57,229 bases of DNA, taken from positions 1 through 57,229 of the forward strand of contig JAXDQC010000071.1 in NCBI GenBank assembly GCA_034668045.1, read 5' to 3'. Source of the stretch: Betaproteobacteria bacterium (GTDB taxonomy: Bacteria; Pseudomonadota; Gammaproteobacteria; Burkholderiales; SG8-39). Positions 37,205 to 46,613 of the stretch are shown here, in pieces. The position numbers were made by a program, and so were the translations under genes. The notes beneath the pieces were generated by a model that had not been told where the DNA came from, did no database searches, and was given only the letters and a program-made list of their open reading frames with translations. The stretch's first letter is position 1. The number at the start of each line of letters is the position of its first letter.

Positions 37205-37825
37205 TCAGATGGTGATGAGCTCGGCGGGCGCAAGGCGCTCGATTTCCGCGTGCGCGGCGACAAGGGATTCTTCCTTGCTCGCCGGGCTGATCGCCAGGCC
37301 CTCGGCGTAGACGAAGCGGATGTTGCTCATGCCGAGGAAGGCGAGGAAGTCGCGCACGTACGGCGTCTGCGTGTCGCGCGGCGTGCCGGCGTAGAGGCCG
37401 CCGCGGGCGGCGAACACGTACACCTCCTTGCCGGTGACGAGGCCGACCGCACCCTTGTCGGTATAGCGGAAGGTGGCGCCGGCGCGGGCGACGTGGTCGA
37501 AATACGCCTTGAGCGTGGAGGGAAGGCCGAAGTTGTACATCGGCAGCCCGAGAACGACGACGTCGGCCTGCTGCAGCTCGGCGATCAGCGCATCGGAGTA
37601 GGCGAGGACGTTCTCCTGCTCGGCCGTCCGCTCGCCGGGCTTGGCGAGGAAGGCGCCGAAGCGCGCCGCGTCGAGGTGCGGCACCGGGTTGGCCGCCAGG
37701 TCGCGGACGATGACCTTGCCGCCGGGGTTCCACTCGCGCCAGTTGGCGACGAAGCGGTCGGCGAGGCGGCTCGACTGGCCGCCGTCGGAAAAGATGCTGG
37801 AGCGGATCTGGAGGAGTGTTTTCAT
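37205..37825 (-). CDS. azoR: FMN-dependent NADH-azoreductase
   Basis: PMYNFGLPSTLKAYFDHVARAGATFRYT, ARGG, FLGM..FVYAEGL. Confidence 0.92.
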   Translation of the reverse strand: MKTLLQIRSSIFSDGGQSSRLADRFVANWREWNPGGKVIVRDLAANPVPHLDAARFGAFLAKPGERTAEQENVLAYSDALIAELQQADVVVLGLPMYNFGLPSTLKAYFDHVARAGATFRYTDKGAVGLVTGKEVYVFAARGGLYAGTPRDTQTPYVRDFLAFLGMSNIRFVYAEGLAISPASKEESLVAAHAEIERLAPAELITI

Positions 37826-37882
37826 GCCTCCACTTTCCCATTGATGCATTAGATAAGAAAGCGCAAAATATCGCTCAAACCA

Positions 37883-37897
37883 ATCTACATATCCGAT
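37883..37897. promoter_or_regulatory. LysR-type binding site (ATC-N9-GAT, T-N11-A)
   Basis: ATCTACATATCCGAT lies between the divergent azoR and LysR genes. Confidence 0.55.
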
Positions 37898-38797
37898 ATG
37901 TCGACGCCCCGAATTACGCTGGACCAATGGAACGCCCTGGCCTCCGTGGTCGAGGCCGGGGGCTACGCCAAGGCCGCGGAAAGGCTGAACAAAAGCCAGT
38001 CTTCGGTGACCTATGCCGTGCAGCAGCTCCAGTCGCAGCTCGGCGTGAAGGCGTTCCAGATCGCCGGCCGCAAGGCGGTCCTCACGCCCACGGGCGAGCT
38101 CCTCTACCGCCGCGCGCGCTACCTGCTCGACGAAGCGTCGGCGCTCGAGCAATCCTCGAAGCGTCTCTCGGCCGGATGGGAGCCGGAGATTTCCATCGCG
38201 GTAGAGGTGCTCTTTCCCAACTGGCTGGTGCTGCGATGCCTGGCGAAGCTCGGCGAGGAGAGCCCGCACACGCGAGTCGAAGTGGTCGAGACGGTGATCG
38301 GCCACAACACCGACCTGCTGTCGGCGCGCCGGGTGGACCTCGCCATCTTCGCGACCGTCCCCCCGGGTTTCGACGGTGAAGGGCTGATGCGGATTCGCCT
38401 CGTCACGGTGGCGAGCCCGGAGCACCCGCTGCACAAGCTTGGGCGCAAGCTGACGCCGCGCGACCTGCGCAAGCACCGCCACCTGGTGACGCGCGAGTCG
38501 AGCCTGGAGCGAAGCACGCCGCGGCTGATCGAGGCGACCGAGCGCTGGACCTTCAGCCACATGACGAGCGTGATCGAGGCGGCGCGCTCGGGCTACGGCT
38601 TCGCGCTCCTGCCCGAGGACAGGATCCGCGACGAGCTGGCCGCCGGCACGCTCAAGCCGCTGCCGGTCGGGGAGGGCGGCGAGCGCTTCGGCCAGCTCTA
38701 CCTCATCTTCGCCGACCGCGACCATGCCGGCCCGGCCACCCTGCGCCTCGCCGAGATCATTCGCGCGACAACCGCGAATTCGGGGTCAGGGTCGTAA
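37898..38797 (+). CDS. LysR family transcriptional regulator
   Basis: GGYAKAAERLNKSQSSVTYAVQQL, LTPTG; divergent from azoR-pirin. Confidence 0.93.
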   Translation: MSTPRITLDQWNALASVVEAGGYAKAAERLNKSQSSVTYAVQQLQSQLGVKAFQIAGRKAVLTPTGELLYRRARYLLDEASALEQSSKRLSAGWEPEISIAVEVLFPNWLVLRCLAKLGEESPHTRVEVVETVIGHNTDLLSARRVDLAIFATVPPGFDGEGLMRIRLVTVASPEHPLHKLGRKLTPRDLRKHRHLVTRESSLERSTPRLIEATERWTFSHMTSVIEAARSGYGFALLPEDRIRDELAAGTLKPLPVGEGGERFGQLYLIFADRDHAGPATLRLAEIIRATTANSGSGS

Positions 38798-39146
38798 TTC
38801 GCAACTCGACGCGGTGACAACAGGATCTCGTAACTCCCTGAGGATTCATCGGATTTCATGTAGCTATTCCTGTGACGAGCGCGTCGTCGGGATTCCCCCG
38901 ACACGCCACCGGGGATGAGAAAAAACGCTGCCTGCACAAGGATGTAGAGAATTTTTGGCGCCGGGCGGTCTATGTCACGAGCATCACATAAGCCGCCTCG
39001 TCCTGGCCTAACAAGCAGGCCACACGGCGGCACATCCGTCGTCAGCAGGCGACAGCAGAAAGCGGGTGTTGCGACATCTTCGTCAGCCGATGACCGGCAT
39101 AGTCGCGCTGTTCTTTTCAACCAAAAAAGTCAGGGAGAAGTCGGCG

Positions 39147-39416
39147 ATGTCTAGCAGCGAACCGCGCCTGCGAGCACCCGACGGGGTTTACGAGCTGATC
39201 GACCTTCTGCGCCTCGCGCAAAACGCCATCGGCCGGGCGCAGCCGGGCCTGCACGGCGAGGCTTCGAATCTCGCCGAGCGGCTCTCGAGGCAACTCGCCT
39301 ACCTGCGCGGAGTGAGCGACCTGCTGGAGCATGAAGCGACCCGACCGGCGTCGTGCAGCACCGGGGCCGGCGGCGAGGTGATGATGTTGACTCGCGCACG
39401 GCGGTTGAGCGCATGA
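39147..39416 (+). CDS. Hypothetical helical protein
   Basis: GGGAG SD; stop forms an ATGA overlap with the receiver gene. Confidence 0.5.
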   Translation: MSSSEPRLRAPDGVYELIDLLRLAQNAIGRAQPGLHGEASNLAERLSRQLAYLRGVSDLLEHEATRPASCSTGAGGEVMMLTRARRLSA

Positions 39417-39793
39417 CGCCGAGAATCCTGGTAGTCGATGACGACGCCAGCCTGCGGGAGCTCTTGGGCCTGCATCTGTCCAACGCCGGTTATGAGGTGG
39501 TCGTGGCGGAGGATGCGGTCGCTGCGGGACACGCCCTCCTGAAGCGCGCTCCGACGCTGATGCTCATCGACGTCGATATGCCTTACATGAACGGGTTCGA
39601 ATTCGTGGCGGCGGTCAAGGCGGAGCCGGGCCTGGGTTCGATCCCGGTGCTTTTTCTCACTGCCCGGGACGATGTGGACGAGCGGGCCCGGAAAGTTGGC
39701 GCGGCGGGCTGCCTGAAAAAGCCCCTGTTCGCGAATGAATTGATCGCGGCCGTGGCGGCGATCGCTCCCAGCGAACGCTTCGCCATCGGCTGA
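39413..39793 (+). CDS. Single-domain response regulator (receiver)
   Basis: ILVVDD, LIDVDMPYMNG, FLTA, KKP. Confidence 0.9.
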   Translation: MTPRILVVDDDASLRELLGLHLSNAGYEVVVAEDAVAAGHALLKRAPTLMLIDVDMPYMNGFEFVAAVKAEPGLGSIPVLFLTARDDVDERARKVGAAGCLKKPLFANELIAAVAAIAPSERFAIG

Positions 39794-39809
39794 CGCGCGG
39801 AGCGCAAAG

Positions 39810-40007
39810 ATGACATTTGCCGCGATTCACCGTCGGACGCTGGAGAAAGCCGTGAGGCACGTCGGTGGCGTCGATGCGCTGGCGGCGCATTTGCGCGTCA
39901 ACCGGGAGGAAGTCGCGGCCTGGATGACGGACGAGAAAGTGCTCCCCTCGCGCCTCTTCACAGCCATCGTGGATCTGATCTCCAGTCCGATCAAAGGGCA
40001 GCCGTGA
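39810..40007 (+). CDS. Small Cro-like HTH protein
   Basis: TLEKAVRHVGGVDALAAHLRV..VAAWM..LFTAIVDLI, similar to the N-terminus of 21841-22581. Confidence 0.65.
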   Translation: MTFAAIHRRTLEKAVRHVGGVDALAAHLRVNREEVAAWMTDEKVLPSRLFTAIVDLISSPIKGQP

Positions 40008-40300
40008 AATTGAGCACCACTCGCGCGGCACCACCCGCCCTCACGGAAGACCCATTCGAGGTGAATGAGGATCTGGCCCGCTGGCTTCAGGCGTCCGGGC
40101 GGCGCAGGCTCCGCCCCGTGGAGAAGGCGCTGACCAAGATCGAGCCGATCGCTCAGCCAGGCGACGGAACGTTTCTGGATGCCGCGAGGCTGCCGATTCT
40201 GCTCGGGCTGCTGGCGTATTCGCTCGGGCAGTACTTTTTCCTGGCAACCTCGCTGAAGATCCTGCTGCTCCCTTCCCTGGTTTTTTTCGTTTTCCGCTAG
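40004..40300 (+). CDS. Hypothetical membrane protein
   Basis: GTGA overlap with the upstream gene; hydrophobic C-terminus. Confidence 0.5.
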   Translation: MKLSTTRAAPPALTEDPFEVNEDLARWLQASGRRRLRPVEKALTKIEPIAQPGDGTFLDAARLPILLGLLAYSLGQYFFLATSLKILLLPSLVFFVFR

Positions 40301-40340
40301 CCGGAGGAGCGCCGGAATTCGGGTACCCTGCCCGGATTTC

Positions 40341-41263
<923 letters not shown>

Positions 41264-41267
<4 letters not shown>

Positions 41268-42025
41268 ACTGGCACGCGATCTGGGCGATCTACGTCTTCG
41301 AGATGGCGCGCACCGGGCGCACCATCCTGCAGAGCATCGTCGCGCCGGTCATCACCACTTCGCTCTACTTCGTCGTCTTCGGCGCCGCCATCGGCTCCCG
41401 CATCACCGAGATCGAGGGCGTCCCGTACGGCGCCTTCATCGTCCCCGGCCTGGTCATGCTCACGCTCCTCACCCAGAGCGTCACCAACGCCTCTTTCGGC
41501 ATCTACTTCCCGCGCTTCACCGGCACCATCTACGAGCTCCTCTCGGCGCCTATTTCCGCCTTCGAGCTCGTCATCGGCTACGTCGGCGCCGCCGCCACCA
41601 AGTCCGTCATCCTCGGCCTCATCATCCTGGCGACCGCGGGCTTCTTCGTCCCGCTTCGCATCGAGCACCCCCTCTGGATGCTCACCTTCCTCGTCCTCAC
41701 CGCCGTGACCTTCAGCCTCTTCGGCTTCATCATCGGCGTCTGGGCGGACGGCTTCGAGCAGCTCCAGTTCGTCCCGCTCCTCGTCATCACTCCGCTCACC
41801 TTTCTCGGCGGCACCTTCTACTCAGTCAGCATCCTGCCGCCCGTGTGGCAGACCGTCACGCTATTCAACCCCGTGACGTACTTGGTGAGTGGATTCCGCT
41901 GGAGCTTCTACGAGATCGCGGATGTGCACGTCGGGGTCAGTCTGGGGATGACGTCGCTGTTCTTGGTGCTTTGCCTGGTCGCAGTGTGGTGGATCTTCAA
42001 GACCGGCTATCGCCTCAAGACATAA
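41264..42025 (+). CDS. ABC-2 type transporter permease (YadH-like)
   Basis: [49 protein letters not shown]. Confidence 0.92.
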
Positions 42026-42042
42026 ATCTGGGGGCGGCTTCG

Positions 42043-44043
42043 CTAGTGTTGGGCGGTCAGCACCTGACGAAGGCGATCAAATAGGGGGTGGAAGTTGGCA
42101 AGGTCGAAATTCCTAAATGGGGGAGTAGCAGAGGCGACGCGCTCTGCAAACACTGTTTTGGAGTGAGCCACTCGGCTTCCCGCCGCGTCGACGATCGACT
42201 CAGCGTCTTGGTCATAGACCGCTTTGTCAAATTCCTCCGCTTCTACTGGTGCAGCACGTAGTTGAACTTTGACCACCGACGCACCTTTGTGGGTCAGGCT
42301 GGTTTCGATGATCTTTTGGATCTCATTGGAAAAAACCAACCGGTATCCAGTAGCGGGATCAGGCGTTCTCAATTCGCCGTCCGTGTAGTACGACTCTATA
42401 GTGATTTTCTGATATTGCTCTCGCTGTGCCGGCTTGGGAATGCAAAACGAGAGCACATTGTTTCCCCAGTCCCGAAAACCGACTGCGCCATCCTCCATGG
42501 CCTGGACGATACGCGGATCATCTCTATCAAAAATGAATACGACTCGACGCAATTGACGTACCTTCGAAAACTGCTCACACATGCTGCGGAGGGACGCATC
42601 TCCCATGTTGCCGTCCGTGTATTCGTGGAACTCGAAATCAAGATCTAGGTATTCTCCATTCGCACGCAACCTCGTAAGTGCGGATTTCATGTGTTTCCAA
42701 TCAGTGGAGCCCTCCGTAATGACTAAGGGTCGCTGAAGGTTCTTGAGGTGGGCCGTGACGCCATCGTAGGCGTCCTTGAACTGCTGCTCACGTTGAATAA
42801 ATGTGTCGTACGCCTGTCGGAATTCGACGAAGTCTTCAGCGGCAAGAATTTCGCCATGAGGAAGTTCGTAAATGGTGTGTGGGATATCGCCCGCCTGAGA
42901 TAGACCCAATAAGAAAAATGGCGAGTGGGTGGTAACAATGAACTGCACCTTAGGGAACAGTCGAAATAGACTCGGAAGCACTTCTTTCTGGAAACGAATG
43001 TGTAGGTGCAAATCCGCCTCGTCGATCAGGGTAATTCCTGATATGTCGGCAAGTGCCTCGGCGGGTCCGCTATTGAGTTGATCGTGTTCTCTCAGAATCG
43101 TGGCGCCTATGGAGAATGCCATGAGCTCGCCGGACGACAGATGCGAGATGGTTGGTGCAAGTAGTTCCTCCGTAGCCCCGCGTGCGACGAGTATTGATAC
43201 GCGGCGGCCGGCCTTAGAGCTGATGCCAATACGGGCGGCGGTAACCGTCGGATCTTTTGCGCGATAGATGCCGGTCAACAATTGGTTTAAGAGGTCGCGC
43301 GTTGTCGCATTCCGTCCGCGATAGCCGATAAACAGTTGGGCAACCTGAGCGTGCTGTTCAGGCAGGCCGGGAACCGGTATGAGGTGCTTTTCATACAATT
43401 CCATGTCGAGAATTAGATCCAGGATCCAAGACTCGATTCCGCGCACTATGTTTGTCTTGACGATGCTTTCGGTTGATTGCCCGTACATATTGAGCCGCGT
43501 TTCCATGCGCGGCCCAGCCGCTGGATTCAGCCAAGCGGGAGGCTCGTACCTGAAGTAAGGGAAGTACAACGACACTTGCTTTTTTATGGAATCTTGTACC
43601 GTCTTGGGGACGGTGGCGACCTTATGGAAGCCCGATTCTTGGAAATATTGATCGTTGATTTGTAAGTGGGGATACTCTGCGGCCGGGTACTTAGCTTGGA
43701 ATGCCTCGTAAGCACCCTGGCGGACAACTTCAAGCAACTTAGCGACGCCATCGCCTTCGCCGATCTGCACTTCTAGATAGCTATAGTCTTGTCCTGCGCG
43801 TATGTAGTCCTTCTTTTGCAATCGAAAGTATTCGTCCTTCGGTACCTCTGGCAGAACTTGGTAGGCCTGTCGTTTAGCTTCAATGAGGCTTTCAAGAATT
43901 CCAGACAATACGAGCGACTTCCCAGCGCCGTTCTGTCCAACGAGGACTACGAGCTTTGGCCGCCCACCGTCGTCCAGTGAGAGATCGATAGCGAAACGAT
44001 GAATTGGGCCGTAGTTTTCGAAGACTATTTTCTTGACGTACAT
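42043..44043 (-). CDS. ABC/AAA_21-type ATPase fused to a TOPRIM nuclease domain (OLD-like; candidate defence protein)
   Basis: Walker A GQNGAGKS, signature LSSGE, Walker B LIDEADLHLH, switch FIVTTHSP; TOPRIM ITEGSTD, IFDRD, IESYY, SKTVFA; visibly lower GC than the flanks; GGAGG SD. Confidence 0.85.
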   Translation of the reverse strand: MYVKKIVFENYGPIHRFAIDLSLDDGGRPKLVVLVGQNGAGKSLVLSGILESLIEAKRQAYQVLPEVPKDEYFRLQKKDYIRAGQDYSYLEVQIGEGDGVAKLLEVVRQGAYEAFQAKYPAAEYPHLQINDQYFQESGFHKVATVPKTVQDSIKKQVSLYFPYFRYEPPAWLNPAAGPRMETRLNMYGQSTESIVKTNIVRGIESWILDLILDMELYEKHLIPVPGLPEQHAQVAQLFIGYRGRNATTRDLLNQLLTGIYRAKDPTVTAARIGISSKAGRRVSILVARGATEELLAPTISHLSSGELMAFSIGATILREHDQLNSGPAEALADISGITLIDEADLHLHIRFQKEVLPSLFRLFPKVQFIVTTHSPFFLLGLSQAGDIPHTIYELPHGEILAAEDFVEFRQAYDTFIQREQQFKDAYDGVTAHLKNLQRPLVITEGSTDWKHMKSALTRLRANGEYLDLDFEFHEYTDGNMGDASLRSMCEQFSKVRQLRRVVFIFDRDDPRIVQAMEDGAVGFRDWGNNVLSFCIPKPAQREQYQKITIESYYTDGELRTPDPATGYRLVFSNEIQKIIETSLTHKGASVVKVQLRAAPVEAEEFDKAVYDQDAESIVDAAGSRVAHSKTVFAERVASATPPFRNFDLANFHPLFDRLRQVLTAQH

Positions 44044-44174
44044 TCCTCCCCCTTGCTACACGACACTAAGATAAAACTGAGACTTGCCGCCCTCTGATGT
44101 CTATCATCAATTATGAGCACACAACGCGATATACGGCACGCGGCTCTATCACTAGACCATCGAAGTGACGCAGC

Positions 44175-45590
44175 ATGAGCCATGTGAACAGATCACACGA
44201 CTTACGCTCTGCAGCTCCGTTCTGGGCGCTTCGGGTCCATGACGAGACGCACAGACTGCTTGCGGTTCGACAAGACACGCCGGAACCGCCGAACCAAACC
44301 ACCGACCGCGGCGCGATGCTGACTGCGATTGTCGACGGCGGCTACGGCTACTGCGCGACCAGCGATCTGAGCCAAGCCGGACTTCAAGCGGCGCTGGATC
44401 GGGCGACGGAATGGGCGGAGGCGACGAAGGGGAAGAGCGTCTTCAAGTTCGATCCGGAGCGGATGCCGGCGCCGAAAGGCGAGTACGAGAGTCCGTTCCT
44501 GATGGAGCGGCCGAAGAATGCCGAGATCCGCGATCTGCTGATGGCGGAGTGCAAGGCGGCGAAGGTCGACGAGAGGATCGTGGAGCGAACGGCGTCGCTG
44601 TCGATCGTGGACGAGGAGCGGTTGTACTTCACGAATACCGGCGGCGAGCTGAGGCAGCGCTTCCGCTACACGGTGCCGCACGCGCGCATGACGGCGAATG
44701 CGGGGGTGGAGACGCAATCGAGGAGCCTGGAGCACGCGCAGCAGGGAGGCTGGGAGCAGCTCGAGCGCGCGGGGTTCAAGGGCTGCGGCGAGAGGCTGGC
44801 GCGGGAGGCGCTGGCGCTGCTCGAGGCGCCGAACTGTCCGTCGGGAAAGATGGACGTGCTGCTGATGCCCGACCAGATGATGCTGCAGATCCATGAGTCC
44901 ATCGGGCACCCGTTGGAACTGGACCGGATTCTGGGAGACGAAAGAAATTACGCCGGCACGAGCTTCGTGCGGCAGGAGATGTTCGGCGAGTACCAGTACG
45001 GCTCGAAGCTCTTGAACGTGACGTTCGATCCGACGCGGCAGGAGGAGTTCGCCTCGTTCGGGTTCGACGACGAAGGAACGAAGGCGGAGAAGGTCTGGTT
45101 GATCAAGGACGGAATCCTCGTGGCGCCGCTCGGCGGCACGCTGTCGCAGCTGCGCACCGGGATGAGGGGCACGGCGAATTCGCGCGCCTGCGCCTGGAAC
45201 CGCGCGCCGATCGACCGGATGGCGAACCTGAACGTCGAGCCGGGCGAGAGCAGGCTCGAGGACATGGTGAAGTCGATCAAGCGCGGGGTGTTGATGCGCA
45301 CCAACGTCTCGTGGTCGATCGACGACTCGCGCAACAAGTTCCAGTTCGGCTGCGAGTGGGGCGAGCTGATCGAGGACGGGCGCGTCACCGGCGTGGTGAA
45401 GAACCCGAACTACCGCGGCGTGTCGGCGAATTTCTGGCGCAGCCTGCGCATGGTGGGCAACGACGACACCTTCGAGGTGCTCGGCACGCCCACCTGCGGC
45501 AAGGGCGAGCCGAACCAGGCGGTCCACGTCGGCCATGCAGCGCCGGCGTGCCTGTTCGCCGATGTCGAGGTGTTCGGCGGCGACCAGTAG
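44175..45590 (+). CDS. tldD: TldD metalloprotease
   Basis: QIHESIGHPLELDRILGDERNYAGTSF (HExxxH), FDDEG, PIDRMANL, CGKGEPNQ. Confidence 0.9.
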   Translation: MSHVNRSHDLRSAAPFWALRVHDETHRLLAVRQDTPEPPNQTTDRGAMLTAIVDGGYGYCATSDLSQAGLQAALDRATEWAEATKGKSVFKFDPERMPAPKGEYESPFLMERPKNAEIRDLLMAECKAAKVDERIVERTASLSIVDEERLYFTNTGGELRQRFRYTVPHARMTANAGVETQSRSLEHAQQGGWEQLERAGFKGCGERLAREALALLEAPNCPSGKMDVLLMPDQMMLQIHESIGHPLELDRILGDERNYAGTSFVRQEMFGEYQYGSKLLNVTFDPTRQEEFASFGFDDEGTKAEKVWLIKDGILVAPLGGTLSQLRTGMRGTANSRACAWNRAPIDRMANLNVEPGESRLEDMVKSIKRGVLMRTNVSWSIDDSRNKFQFGCEWGELIEDGRVTGVVKNPNYRGVSANFWRSLRMVGNDDTFEVLGTPTCGKGEPNQAVHVGHAAPACLFADVEVFGGDQ

Positions 45591-45629
45591 GCCGACATTA
45601 GAATAGGCTAGGGACGTCGAGGAGAGCCG

Positions 45630-46613
45630 ATGCAAGACGCAAGACGCCGGTTGCTGATCGCGGGGGGCGCGCTGCTCGCGCCGTCGCCGCTATTCGCCCA
45701 GGCGAAGGATCCGAAGGTTGCGCGCATCGGCTGGCTCGGGACCGGCTTCTCCGGATCGAGAAGAGCGCTCGAGGTGTTCCGACAGCGTCTGATCGAGTTG
45801 AACTACGTCGAAGGCCGCAATGTGGTCCTTGAAGAGGTCTGGGCCGATGCTGAGCAGACGAAGGTGCCCGCCCTGGCCAAGGAGCTGGCGGCGAAAAAGG
45901 TCGACGTTATCGTCGTCGGGGGCACGACCGGCGCAAGGGCGACGCAGTCTGCGACGAGCGGCATCCCGATCGTGGCCGCCGGCGCGAGCGACCTCGCGGA
46001 AGCGGGGTTGATCAAGAGCCTTGCCAAGCCGGGCGGCAACCTCACTGGCATATCGGTGAACAGTCCGGACGCCGCGACCAAGCAAGCGGAGCTCATGAGA
46101 GAGATCATGCCGAACGCCAGGCGCGCCGCGGTTCTCTGGCAGGGTGCTCGAACTCCGTTCCTGGAGCGCCAGCGCAAGGAGCTCGAGGCGACTATGCCCC
46201 TCCGGTTCGAGCTCACCTGGCACACGGCTCGCGCCAGAAGCGACCTGCCGCCGGTGTTCGAGGCGATTCAGATCTTCCGGCCGGAGTTTCTCATCGTCCT
46301 GACGGACGCCGTCGCCTTCGCCAATCGCAAGGAAGTCACCGGATATGCCACCAATGCGAAGATTCCTGCGGTGTACGGCTTCCGCGAGTTCGTCGAAAGC
46401 GGCGGATTGGTGAGCTACGGAGCCAACGTCCTGCAGTCGTTCCGCCTAGCAGCCGATTACGTCGACCGGATCCTCAAGGGCGCGAGACCCGCCGACATGC
46501 CGGTGCAGCTGCCCGCCAAGCTCGAGGTCGCGGTGAACATCGGCGCAGCGCGAGCCCTCGGGCTGCGCTTTCCCCAGGCGATGCTCGTCCGCGCGGATCT
46601 CATCGTCCCCTGA
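45630..46613 (+). CDS. ABC_sub_bind family substrate-binding protein (orphan)
   Basis: RRRLL signal, YVEGRNV, SLAKPGGNLTG, GGLVSYG, YVDRILKGARPADMPV. Confidence 0.88.
   Translation: MQDARRRLLIAGGALLAPSPLFAQAKDPKVARIGWLGTGFSGSRRALEVFRQRLIELNYVEGRNVVLEEVWADAEQTKVPALAKELAAKKVDVIVVGGTTGARATQSATSGIPIVAAGASDLAEAGLIKSLAKPGGNLTGISVNSPDAATKQAELMREIMPNARRAAVLWQGARTPFLERQRKELEATMPLRFELTWHTARARSDLPPVFEAIQIFRPEFLIVLTDAVAFANRKEVTGYATNAKIPAVYGFREFVESGGLVSYGANVLQSFRLAADYVDRILKGARPADMPVQLPAKLEVAVNIGAARALGLRFPQAMLVRADLIVP

Noticed and set aside
42026-44174. Transposon or integrative element around the low-GC gene
   Set aside because: No transposase, integrase, tRNA, terminal inverted repeats or target-site duplication found by eye.
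42043-44175. Retron, Septu, Gabija or two-gene PARIS assignment
   Set aside because: No reverse transcriptase, HNH, UvrD helicase or separate partner gene, and no msr/msd-like inverted repeats seen in the 130-bp upstream gap.
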